A stretch of 64,000 nucleotides of DNA from Acidobacteriota bacterium (GTDB taxonomy: Bacteria; Acidobacteriota; Thermoanaerobaculia; Gp7-AA8; JAHWKK01), in the NCBI GenBank assembly GCA_019347945.1, contig JAHWKK010000001.1, forward strand, positions 3,299-67,298, given 5' to 3'. The position numbers and the translations under genes are program-made. Under the pieces are notes generated by a model. The model was not told the DNA's origin, did no database searches, and saw nothing but the letters and a program-made list of their open reading frames with translations. Of the stretch, positions 36,562 to 44,939 are shown in pieces (positions within the stretch are counted from its first letter, which is position 1; each line of letters opens with the position of its first letter).

Positions 36562-38328
36562 ATGGATGAGATGACCTGTCTGCGCTGTCGAGGCGAATTC
36601 GACGAGCAGCTCGCCGAATGTCCGCACTGCGGAGAAAAGGTCACCGACTTTCAGCGGACGTACAACGGCCGCCTTCTGGACGGAAAGTACGAGATCCTCT
36701 TCCGGCTCGGTCTCGGAGGCATGGGCGAGATCTTCAAGGTCCGCCACGTCCATCTCGGCGAAGAGCGCGTGGTCAAGATCATGCGTCCCAACATCGCGAC
36801 CGACGACGATTCGCTGAAGCGTTTTCTCCACGAAGCACGCCTCGCCACGATGGTCAAGCATCGCAATCTGGCGATGCTCTACGATTTCGCCACTCTCGAA
36901 GACGGCTCCTATTACATGGTGTGGGAGTTCATCGACGGCTCGAACGTTCAGAAGTGGATCACCCAGAACGGCCCGATGCCGCCACGGATCGTCGTCGAGA
37001 TCTCGGTGCAGGCCCTGGCGGGACTTCAGGCGCTTCACCAGATGGGCGTGATCCATCGCGACATCTCGCCCGAGAACATCATGATCACCCAGGACTTCCA
37101 CGAGAAGCTCCTGAGCAAGGTCATCGACTTCGGTATCGCCAAACAGCTCTCCGAAGGTGAGGGAGGGCAGGGTCTGACCCAGACCGGCATGTTTCTCGGC
37201 AAGCTGAAGTACGCCTCTCCCGAGCAGGCAGGCTTCCTCAAGGAGGGGGAGCAGCTCGACGCGCGAAGCGACATCTACTCGTACGGAATTCTGATGTACG
37301 AGATGCTCGCCGGCCGGGCGCCCTTCGTTTCCACCAACCCGCAGAGCTACATCCTCAAGCACGCTACCGAAAAACCGCTGCCGATCTCCGAGCTCAATCC
37401 GAACGTCAAGGTGCCCCCGAAGCTCGAAGCCATCATTTTCAAGACGCTCGAAAAAGACCGGAACAAACGCCACGCATCGGCCGCCGATCTGATCGCCGAC
37501 CTCGAGGCGATCCGCGAAGAGATTCCACCCGATGAAGTTCACGGCGTCGGCGAAAAGCTCGTCACGATTTCGCAGGCGAGAACCATGGCCGACCTTTCCG
37601 CACCGATGGTGACCGGAAAGACCCTGAAAAAGAAAACCGTCCAGGCGCGAAGGACTCCGGGACCGGGCGAGTCTACGGTCATCGAAAAGACCGGGTCGGC
37701 CGGCACGATGTCGGGCGATCCAACGGTGGTCGAGCGCGCAGGCGGACCCTCCACCATGTCGGGAGATGCCACGGTGGTCGAGCGGCAGGGCTCCCCTCCG
37801 AGCGCGGCGACCGGACCCGCTCCGACGGTCGTCGAGCGCCAGTATGGCGGCGAAGCTTCGACCGTCATCGAGCCGATCGGAGTCCGGCCGCAAAAGAGCA
37901 GGCTCGGACTCACCATCGGAATCGCGGCGGTTCTGATCCTGGCGCTCGGCGCAGGCTGGTGGTTCACGCGTGACACCGCCGGGCCGGGCGAGCAAGCCGG
38001 AGATGTCGTCGATGTGGTGCCCGATCCCTCGGCTCCCGGCCGGCTGGCTCCCGGTGAGGGAGCGCTGTTGCTCAGCGCCAACCGCGGGGAGCTGCAGCGC
38101 GTCATCAATGCACGCACCAACGAGGAGGTCTCCATCGACCTCGCTGACAGAAGCCTTCCGTTGCGCCTCCATCTCGACGCCGGCATGTACGAGCTCACCA
38201 TGGTCGACGGCAACGGCGAGTCGAGCACCCAGACCGCGACCGTGGTCGAGGGGCAGGAGGTTCCGGTCCGACCACAGTTCCAGCGTCCCGATCTCGACAA
38301 CATCATCGAGGACATACTCGAGCCATGA
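36562..38328 (+). CDS. Ser/Thr protein kinase: N-terminal Zn-ribbon, kinase domain, TVVER-type repeats, TM helix, extracytoplasmic C-terminal domain
   Basis: MDEMTCLRCRGEF...CPHCGEKV. Kinase motifs GGMGEIFKVRH...VVKIMRP...VIHRDISPENIMI...VIDFGIAKQ. Repeats TVIEKTGSAGTMSGDPTVVERAGGPSTMSGDATVVERQGSPP...TVVERQYGG. TM LTIGIAAVLILALGAGWWF. Confidence 0.85.
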   Translation: MDEMTCLRCRGEFDEQLAECPHCGEKVTDFQRTYNGRLLDGKYEILFRLGLGGMGEIFKVRHVHLGEERVVKIMRPNIATDDDSLKRFLHEARLATMVKHRNLAMLYDFATLEDGSYYMVWEFIDGSNVQKWITQNGPMPPRIVVEISVQALAGLQALHQMGVIHRDISPENIMITQDFHEKLLSKVIDFGIAKQLSEGEGGQGLTQTGMFLGKLKYASPEQAGFLKEGEQLDARSDIYSYGILMYEMLAGRAPFVSTNPQSYILKHATEKPLPISELNPNVKVPPKLEAIIFKTLEKDRNKRHASAADLIADLEAIREEIPPDEVHGVGEKLVTISQARTMADLSAPMVTGKTLKKKTVQARRTPGPGESTVIEKTGSAGTMSGDPTVVERAGGPSTMSGDATVVERQGSPPSAATGPAPTVVERQYGGEASTVIEPIGVRPQKSRLGLTIGIAAVLILALGAGWWFTRDTAGPGEQAGDVVDVVPDPSAPGRLAPGEGALLLSANRGELQRVINARTNEEVSIDLADRSLPLRLHLDAGMYELTMVDGNGESSTQTATVVEGQEVPVRPQFQRPDLDNIIEDILEP

Positions 38329-39446
38329 GATCCTTTCTCCTCACACTCGTAGCGGTCTCGATTGCGATCGCCGCTCCCATCGCCCACGCCGAGTGGTACG
38401 ACGACTACAATGATGGTCTAGACGCCGTGAAGGCGAAAAACTGGGATCTCGTCATCCAGAAGATGAACGGCGCGCTCGCGCAGAAGTCGGGTGAAGAAGG
38501 GCGCGCCCGTACCTACGGAACGACGTTCATCAATTATCGACCCTACTATTACCGCGGCGTCGCGTATCTCAACAAGGGAGAGTGGGCCAAGGCAATCGAG
38601 GATCTCAAGCGGACCGGGGGCGCCGGAGAGGTCAACCTCGGCGATCACAACAGCCTCCTGATCACGGCCAACCAGCAGCTCACTGCCGAGCAGATACGGA
38701 GCGCCACGCCTGCACAACCTCCTGCACAACAGCAGCAGACACCCGCCGAACCGCCTCGCCCCGATCCTCAGATCCAGCAGGCCCGTACACGCGCCGAGAA
38801 CGCCATTCAGGAGGCGAGAACCAAGTTCGGACGAGCCCAGGCTGAGGACGCCTCAGTGCACGCAGCTTCGGATTTCGACAATGGAAGCAACCTTCTCCGA
38901 CAGGCGACCTCTGCCAGCGTCGACGCCACCACCGCAGCAGATTTCCAGCGGGTCGCCGACATGGCGGAGCGCGCCGGCCGAGCCTTCGATGCCTCGATCT
39001 CCAACGCTCAGATGAGAGTGGCAGAGCTCGAACGGCAGCGTCAGCGGGAAGCCGAAGCAAGACAGAGCCGGTCCACGCCACCCACTCCCACACCCGCCTT
39101 CACCTCCACACCACCACCGGCTCAATCCCGTGCAACCGAGGACGTCCTCGCTCAGACGAAAGAACGTCTCCGCGTCGCTCTCGAAGCCTACTTCGACGGC
39201 GACTTCCGAAGCTCTGCCAACCGCCTCGAACAGATCACCCTCGACCAACCCAACAACGCGATGATCTTCGCCTTCCTCGGCGCTTCCCACTACTACGAGT
39301 ACTACCTCGGAGGACAGCGCAATGCCGAGGTACTCTCACGGGCCAAGGAAGCCTTCCGCCAGGCGAAATCACTCAACCCCTCTCTCGACCTCGATCCGAC
39401 CTACTTCTCCTCCCGGCTCCGGTCCTTCTACGAAGAGATCAACTGA
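38325..39446 (+). CDS. Secreted hypothetical protein (signal peptide; Q/P-rich low-complexity segments; helical/TPR-like C-terminus)
   Basis: MRSFLLTLVAVSIAIAAPIAHA... ATGA overlap with the upstream kinase gene. 373 aa. Confidence 0.6.
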   Translation: MRSFLLTLVAVSIAIAAPIAHAEWYDDYNDGLDAVKAKNWDLVIQKMNGALAQKSGEEGRARTYGTTFINYRPYYYRGVAYLNKGEWAKAIEDLKRTGGAGEVNLGDHNSLLITANQQLTAEQIRSATPAQPPAQQQQTPAEPPRPDPQIQQARTRAENAIQEARTKFGRAQAEDASVHAASDFDNGSNLLRQATSASVDATTAADFQRVADMAERAGRAFDASISNAQMRVAELERQRQREAEARQSRSTPPTPTPAFTSTPPPAQSRATEDVLAQTKERLRVALEAYFDGDFRSSANRLEQITLDQPNNAMIFAFLGASHYYEYYLGGQRNAEVLSRAKEAFRQAKSLNPSLDLDPTYFSSRLRSFYEEIN

Positions 39447-39449
39447 CCG

Positions 39450-39809
39450 TCAGATCCGGACCCGCTGCCTTTCGTTGCGGCTCCATGTGGAGGAGATTCT
39501 CCGCGCATTGACCAGCGGAACCACACGCGTCATTGCCCAGCTCACCACATAACCGGCGTTCGCGATCAACAGCAGCAGCATCGAAAGATCACGGCTCATG
39601 AAGGGGACGTGGCTCGCCTCCCAGCGGATGAACAGGATATTGACTGCGATGAGAAGCCCGAGATCCATCAGATCTCCCAGATCGGCACGGAGCCTCGCCC
39701 GCCGGATCGTCTCGGCAGCGTTGGTCCTGATCAAGGGAGGGGCTGTTTCACGCCCTCCCGCGCCTGGAAGTATGTCGATGTTCGCCGGTTCGAGTCTCGA
39801 ATGAGTCAA
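39450..39809 (-). CDS. Hypothetical small membrane protein
   Basis: TTG start with GGAGGA RBS 6 nt upstream. Two hydrophobic segments (LMDLGLLIAVNILFIRW; MLLLLIANAGYVVSWAM). Convergent with the preceding gene. Weak support. Confidence 0.35.
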   Translation of the reverse strand: MTHSRLEPANIDILPGAGGRETAPPLIRTNAAETIRRARLRADLGDLMDLGLLIAVNILFIRWEASHVPFMSRDLSMLLLLIANAGYVVSWAMTRVVPLVNARRISSTWSRNERQRVRI

Positions 39810-40001
39810 CTACGTCCTCCGATCGGTCCTGTGCCGCCCGCGCGCCGCCTGATTAAAAGTGTTTTCCGATTCACTCACAATAACACTGGGAAAGGGGCGC
39901 CAATTTCCAAAATGTGCAGGTTTCTACCCGGTGGAAACAGCCCCTACGAACCGTCGTTAAGGCAAACGATCAGTGTAGTTTAGAGGACGAATTGGCGAGG
40001 C

Positions 40002-41006
40002 TCAGATCTCGGTGTATTCGGCGCGCAGCTTCCTCGTCATGAGCCGCCGGATCGCTTCCTCCGGCTCCAGGCGCTCGAAGAGAACAGCGTTCATTTCGAA
40101 CGTGATCGGCATCTCGACGCCGCTCCGGGTTGCGAGCTGGGTGGCTGAACGCGTGGTTCGCACCCCCTCGGCGACGTAGCTGGCACCCTCGAGGATCTCG
40201 GCGAGGGGTCTCCCGCGCCCTAGCTCGATCCCGACGCTGCGATTCCGGGAGAGGCTTCCGGTACATGTGAGCATCAGGTCGCCCACGCCGGCCAGCCCGG
40301 AGAAGGTCTCTCCACGGGCCCCGAGCTCCACTCCGAGCCGCTTCATTTCGGCCAGCCCGCGCGTCACGAGCGCGGCCGTCGTGTTGGCGCCGAGTCCGAG
40401 GCCCTCGACGACTCCTGACGCGATGGCGATGACGTTCTTCATGGAGCCGCCGACCTCCACGCCGACGACGTCCTTCAACCTGTAGATGCGAAACGTCTGG
40501 TCCGAAAGCTCCCGCTGGATCTCTCTGCTGAATTCCTCGTTTCGCGATGCGACGACCGAAGCTGTGGGAGCCCCGGCGGCGACCTCTCTCGCGAAGTTCG
40601 GTCCCGAGAGCACCGCGAATGACTCCAGCCCTTCACCGAGCGTTTCCTTCGTGACTTCGGAGATCCGCTGGAGCGTCTCGTTCTCGATCCCTTTGGTTCC
40701 CGAGACGACGCGAAGCGGCTCTCGCGCGGCCGCGGCGATCTCTCCGAGGACCGTTCTGTAGTGATGGGACGGGGCGACCATGAGAATCGTCCTCGAATGT
40801 TCGACGAGGTCCTCGAGCGCATTCGTGGCGGTGATGTTGTCGCCGAACGGAGAGCCGGGGAGATGCTTGAAGTTGCGCCTCTCGGAATTGATCGAGTCGG
40901 CAACGGCCGGATCGTGAGCCCATAGAAGGACCTCGTGACCGGATCGCGCGGCAAGAAGCGCCATGGCGGAGCCCCAGGACCCGGCCCCGGCAATAGAAAT
41001 CTTCAT
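40002..41006 (-). CDS. gpsA: Glycerol-3-phosphate dehydrogenase [NAD(P)+]
   Basis: MKISIAGAGSWGSAMALLAARSGHEVLLWAHD...ILMVAPSHHYRTVL... ATG 41006 with RBS GGGAGAAG (the track ORF starts 40 codons earlier). Confidence 0.9.
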   Translation of the reverse strand: MKISIAGAGSWGSAMALLAARSGHEVLLWAHDPAVADSINSERRNFKHLPGSPFGDNITATNALEDLVEHSRTILMVAPSHHYRTVLGEIAAAAREPLRVVSGTKGIENETLQRISEVTKETLGEGLESFAVLSGPNFAREVAAGAPTASVVASRNEEFSREIQRELSDQTFRIYRLKDVVGVEVGGSMKNVIAIASGVVEGLGLGANTTAALVTRGLAEMKRLGVELGARGETFSGLAGVGDLMLTCTGSLSRNRSVGIELGRGRPLAEILEGASYVAEGVRTTRSATQLATRSGVEMPITFEMNAVLFERLEPEEAIRRLMTRKLRAEYTEI

Positions 41007-41031
41007 TGTGACTTCTCCCGCTTCATGTCGA

Positions 41032-41682
41032 TCATGGTTCATCCCTGTCGAAGGGGTACTTTTTCTCGGTGCCGGCCGCGATCCGGGCGATGTTCGTCCG
41101 ATGCCGGATGACGACGAGGAGCGCAATGGCGACGCTGAAAACGATTTCCCAGAATGTACCGCCGGTCAGAAATCTCAGAAACAGAGGAAAAACAACCGAA
41201 GCGAGCATCGACCCGATTGCGACGAACCGGGTCGCTGCGACCGCGATCAGGAAGACGACGAGCGAAAGCCCGAGAGCGGCGGGGTTGATCCCGAGATAGG
41301 CGCCCGCGCCCGTCGCGACCCCTTTTCCACCGCGAAACGACAGCCAGGGTGGAAACATGTGACCGACCACCGCCGCGAACGCGGCGAGACCGATCCAGAA
41401 CGTCGGAGCCGACAGCGTCCGGGGATCGTCGAGGGAAAGAGTCCACAGGTCGCTCGCGGTCACGAGGCGCGCGAGAAAGACAGCGCCCCACCCCTTGAGT
41501 GCATCCAGGACGAGAGCGGCCGCGCCGGCCCGTCTTCCGGCGTAGCGGAGAACGTTAGTGGCGCCGACGTTGCCGCTTCCCACCTTGCGGATGTCGATCC
41601 TCTTCGCTCTGCGCGCGATCAGATAGCTGAACGGAATCGATCCGATCAGCCAGCAGACGAAAATGAGAAGGGCAGCGACCAC
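41032..41682 (-). CDS. plsY: Glycerol-3-phosphate acyltransferase PlsY
   Basis: LIGSIPFSYLIARRAKRIDIRKVGSGNVGATNVLR...GGKGVATGAGAY... Polytopic membrane protein. Confidence 0.85.
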   Translation of the reverse strand: MVAALLIFVCWLIGSIPFSYLIARRAKRIDIRKVGSGNVGATNVLRYAGRRAGAAALVLDALKGWGAVFLARLVTASDLWTLSLDDPRTLSAPTFWIGLAAFAAVVGHMFPPWLSFRGGKGVATGAGAYLGINPAALGLSLVVFLIAVAATRFVAIGSMLASVVFPLFLRFLTGGTFWEIVFSVAIALLVVIRHRTNIARIAAGTEKKYPFDRDEP

Positions 41683-41688
41683 GCCGAA

Positions 41689-42831
41689 TCACACGCCGTC
41701 GAATGCATTTTCGAGGTCGGAGATGATGTCCTCGAGGTCCTCGATCCCGACCGAGATCCTGACGAGACCGGAAGTGATTCCGAGCTTGTTCCGATCCTCT
41801 GGCGGAACCGACGCGTGAGTCATCGTCTCGGGATGCGAGATCAGCGACTCGACCCCGCCGAGCGATTCCGCGAGGGAGCAGAGTCGCACGCGGTCGAGAA
41901 ACTTCTTTGCGTTCTCGAGCGAACCGAGCTCGAACGAGATCATCGATCCGAATCCGCGCATCTGCTTCTTTGCGAGCTGGTGCTGAGGATGACTAGGAAG
42001 ACCGGGATAGTTCACCTTCTCGACCTTCGAGTGATTTTCGAGATAACGCGCAATGGCTTCTCCGTTTGCGCAGTGTTTCTCCATACGTACCGCAAGCGTT
42101 TTGATTCCCCGCATCACGAGAAACGAATCGAACGGCGAGAGAATGCCGCCCGCCGCATTCTGCAGGAAGCCGATCCGCTCACCGATCTCCGAATCGGCGC
42201 AGATGACCGCGCCGCCGACCGAGTCGGAGTGACCATTGAGAAACTTCGTGGTGGAGTGAACGACGATGTCGGCGCCGAGCATCAGCGGCTGCTGGAGGAA
42301 TGGGGAGGCGAATGTGTTGTCCACGACCACGAGGATGTCGCGCTCGTGTGCAATACCGGCGCAGGCCTCGAGATCGGTTATGCTCATCATCGGATTGGTC
42401 GGTGTCTCGAGAAAGAGCATTTTCGTCTCTTCCCGAATGGCTTTGCGAACCTCGTCGAGGTTCGAGGTGTCGATGTAGCTGAACTCGAGCCCGAAGCGCT
42501 CGAGCACGTGATGGAAGAGCCGGAACGTCCCTCCGTACATGTTCGCGGCGGCGACGACGTGATCACCGCGGGCGAGGAGCTTCATCACGGTATCGATCGC
42601 AGCCATACCGGAGGCAAAGCAATGTCCGGTCTTTCCTTTTTCGAGAACTGCGAGATTCTTCTCCAGAGCCAGCCGTGTGGGGTTGCCCGTACGCGCGTAC
42701 TCGAATCCCTTGTGCCGGCCGAGCTCCGGCTGGACGTAGGTCGAGGTCTGATAGATCGGGATCGCGACGGCGCCGGTGGTTTCCTCCGGCTCCTGACCCG
42801 CGTGAATGCATTCGGTGGCGAAACCCATCAA
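41689..42831 (-). CDS. PLP-dependent cystathionine gamma-lyase/synthase family enzyme (Cys/Met metabolism)
   Basis: FATECIHAGQEPEETTGAVAIPIYQTSTY...YARTGNPTR...ASGMAAI... Characteristic of MetB/MetC/CGL. Confidence 0.85.
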   Translation of the reverse strand: MMGFATECIHAGQEPEETTGAVAIPIYQTSTYVQPELGRHKGFEYARTGNPTRLALEKNLAVLEKGKTGHCFASGMAAIDTVMKLLARGDHVVAAANMYGGTFRLFHHVLERFGLEFSYIDTSNLDEVRKAIREETKMLFLETPTNPMMSITDLEACAGIAHERDILVVVDNTFASPFLQQPLMLGADIVVHSTTKFLNGHSDSVGGAVICADSEIGERIGFLQNAAGGILSPFDSFLVMRGIKTLAVRMEKHCANGEAIARYLENHSKVEKVNYPGLPSHPQHQLAKKQMRGFGSMISFELGSLENAKKFLDRVRLCSLAESLGGVESLISHPETMTHASVPPEDRNKLGITSGLVRISVGIEDLEDIISDLENAFDGV

Positions 42832-43778
42832 TCCTCCTCGGGTTCTTTCCAGTCGTAGATGTCCTTCGAGAGATAGCGCTCGGAGCTGTCGGGGATGATC
42901 GTGACGACGTTCTTCCCTTCGCCGAGATCGCGGCAGACATCGAGCGCTGCGTGGACATTCGCTCCTGCAGAAGATGCACCGAGAACGCTCTCTTCGAGGG
43001 CGAGTCTCCTGACCATTCTGAAGGCGGGAGCGTCACGGACCATGACGATCGAGTCGGCCAGCGAAAGGTCGACCGATTCCGGGATGAAGCTGGCTCCGAT
43101 CCCTTCGACGTCGTGGGGCCCTGCTTCTCCTCCTCCGAGCACCGAGCCCTGTGGCTCGACCAGAACCGCGAGGACCTTCGGGTTCTGCTCTCTCAGATAC
43201 CGCGCAACGCCGGTGAATGTCCCTCCCGTCCCGGAGCCGGCCACGAAGGCATCGACGCGGCCTTCCATCTGCTCCCAGATCTCGACGGCGGTGGTCTGGT
43301 AGTGAATCTCTGCATTGGCCGGGCTTGCGAACTGTTGCGGAACCCAGGCGCCTTCGATCCCGGCAGCGATCTCGTGAGCCTTTTCGATGGCGGCCTTCAT
43401 CCCGTCGTCCGCCGGCGTGTTGACGACCGTGCCGCCGAGCGCTTTCATCAGCTTCTGCTTCTCGACCGAGTAGCCTTCGGGAACCACGAGGATGATCCTG
43501 TAACCCAGCCGTGCGCCGACGAGCGCGAGACCAATCCCGGTGTTGCCGGCCGTCGGCTCGACGATCGTCGAGCCTTTGCGGATGAGCCCTTCGCGCTCCC
43601 CGTGTCTGATCAGACCGATCCCGAGCCGGTCCTTCACCGAGAACCCGGGGCTCATGAACTCGAGCTTCGCGTAAAGACTGGCCCAGCCGGGCTCGGTAAG
43701 GTTTCCGAGGCGTACGATCGGGGTACCGCCGATGAGATCGAGGACCGAGTCGACTGGTTTCGAGGGTTTCGTATTCAA
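42828..43778 (-). CDS. Cysteine synthase / cystathionine beta-synthase family PLP enzyme (CysK/MccA-like)
   Basis: LIGGTPIVRL...FMSPGFSVKDRLGIGLI...IVEPTAGNTGIGLALVGARLGY... 4-bp overlap with the downstream gamma-lyase gene, forming a reverse-transsulfuration-type pair. Confidence 0.85.
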   Translation of the reverse strand: MNTKPSKPVDSVLDLIGGTPIVRLGNLTEPGWASLYAKLEFMSPGFSVKDRLGIGLIRHGEREGLIRKGSTIVEPTAGNTGIGLALVGARLGYRIILVVPEGYSVEKQKLMKALGGTVVNTPADDGMKAAIEKAHEIAAGIEGAWVPQQFASPANAEIHYQTTAVEIWEQMEGRVDAFVAGSGTGGTFTGVARYLREQNPKVLAVLVEPQGSVLGGGEAGPHDVEGIGASFIPESVDLSLADSIVMVRDAPAFRMVRRLALEESVLGASSAGANVHAALDVCRDLGEGKNVVTIIPDSSERYLSKDIYDWKEPEED

Positions 43779-43794
43779 GGCGAGCGCATTCTAA

Positions 43795-43868
43795 AGCAGG
43801 AGGCAGGAGACAGGAGACAGGAGACAGGATTCAGGATTCAGGATTCAGGAGCCAGAATTCAGAACTGG
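43795..43868. repeat. Heptanucleotide tandem-repeat array A (~11 units, consensus NCAGGA(G/T)N: CAGGAGA x3, CAGGATT x3 ...)
   Basis: aggaggcaggagacaggagacaggagacaggattcaggattcaggattcaggagccagaattcagaac. Lies in the divergent promoter region between the CBS-like gene and ORF 44034. Confidence 0.7.
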
Positions 43869-44033
43869 AGGCAGCGTTGACAGCGTCCCCAAAAAGATTG
43901 GCAGGGCCTTGGACGTGATACCTTGGTAATCTCATCAGGTGATGAAGAACGAGTCAGAAGCGACCTCCTGCAAGGGACGTCGACGATGATGGTTCTGCAG
44001 ACGATATCCACGCAGGATTAGAGGGCAAAGTGC

Positions 44034-44852
44034 ATGCGTATGCTTATCCACATTCTCCTTTCGTCTTTGGTGCTCATTTCCGCTGAAGCCCCGGCAGACG
44101 AATCCACGCCGCAGTACGTTACCTTCCTGATACCGGTGTTCTACAACGGCCCTGGGTCGGGAGGGTCAGTATGGGAGACAGAGCTATGGATCGAGAACAG
44201 AGGTCAGGAACCAGCAGTATCACGAATCGGATGGTATGACGCCCCTGACTGTCGATTCGCTGCGCCCTGCCCGGTAGCAATCCCGGCACGAACGCTGTAC
44301 CAACCTCCTGTTGAATACTTCTTCGGAAGGAGATCATTGACCGGACTCCTCTTTTATCCTACCGAAGACGCCGCCAGTCATCTATGGTTTTCTCTTCGAG
44401 TCCGCGACAGGGTGCATGACGCTTCTTCCGCGGGCGTGGACGTTCCCGTCGTTCACGAGAAGGAGTTTCGCGACCGGAAACTGATCCTTCTCAACGTACC
44501 CACAGATCCTCGCTTTCGTTCAACCCTTCGTATCTATGCTTTGAGCACCAAGACGGAACCGGTCCAACTCCGGTATCGCTCGATGGAAAGCGATGACGTC
44601 ATTGCAGAGGAGACGGTTCTCACATCATTCGACCCGGAGCAAAACAGCGCCGATTACCCTCTCTCACCGTCATACGCCGAACTATCGGGCAGGGCCTCAA
44701 CTCATCCTCACTGCAGATGGTCGAAAGCTATCGTATCGAGATCGATGCCGACGCGAGAATGTGGGCTTTCGTCTCGCTTACGAACAGCCAAACTGGACAG
44801 GTCACCCTGGTTACCCCCCAGTAGAGGCAGTCTCCTGTCTCCTGATTCCTGA
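44034..44852 (+). CDS. Secreted hypothetical protein, probably frameshifted near 44690 (authentic C-terminus likely ends at TAG 44822-44824 in the +2 frame)
   Basis: Signal peptide MRMLIHILLSSLVLISAEA. Body looks protein-like up to ...PSYAELSG. The in-frame tail (RASTHPHCRWSKAIVSRSMPTRECGLSSRLRTAK...) is R/S-rich junk that runs into repeat array B. The +2 frame encodes a clean ending ...GLNSSSLQMVESYRIEIDADARMWAFVSLTNSQTGQVTLVTPQ*. Confidence 0.45.
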   Translation: MRMLIHILLSSLVLISAEAPADESTPQYVTFLIPVFYNGPGSGGSVWETELWIENRGQEPAVSRIGWYDAPDCRFAAPCPVAIPARTLYQPPVEYFFGRRSLTGLLFYPTEDAASHLWFSLRVRDRVHDASSAGVDVPVVHEKEFRDRKLILLNVPTDPRFRSTLRIYALSTKTEPVQLRYRSMESDDVIAEETVLTSFDPEQNSADYPLSPSYAELSGRASTHPHCRWSKAIVSRSMPTRECGLSSRLRTAKLDRSPWLPPSRGSLLSPDS

Positions 44853-44935
44853 CTCTGGTTCCTGATCCCTGTATCCTGGATCCTGGATCCTGGATCCTGG
44901 ATCCTGATTCCTGAATCCTGTCTCCTGAATCCTGC
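44829..44935. repeat. Heptanucleotide tandem-repeat array B (~15 units of NNTCCTG, the reverse complement of the CAGGANN family; includes ATCCTGG x4)
   Basis: agtctcctgtctcctgattcctgactctggttcctgatccctgtatcctggatcctggatcctggatcctggatcctgattcctgaatcctgtctcctgaatcctgc. Confidence 0.7.
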
Positions 44936-44939
44936 TTCT

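Noticed and set aside
40002-43778. gpsA-plsY operon joined to cystathionine gamma-lyase/beta-synthase genes as a possible novel pathway
   Set aside because: All four are common housekeeping genes. The adjacency of lipid and sulfur-amino-acid genes is most simply coincidental operon packing.
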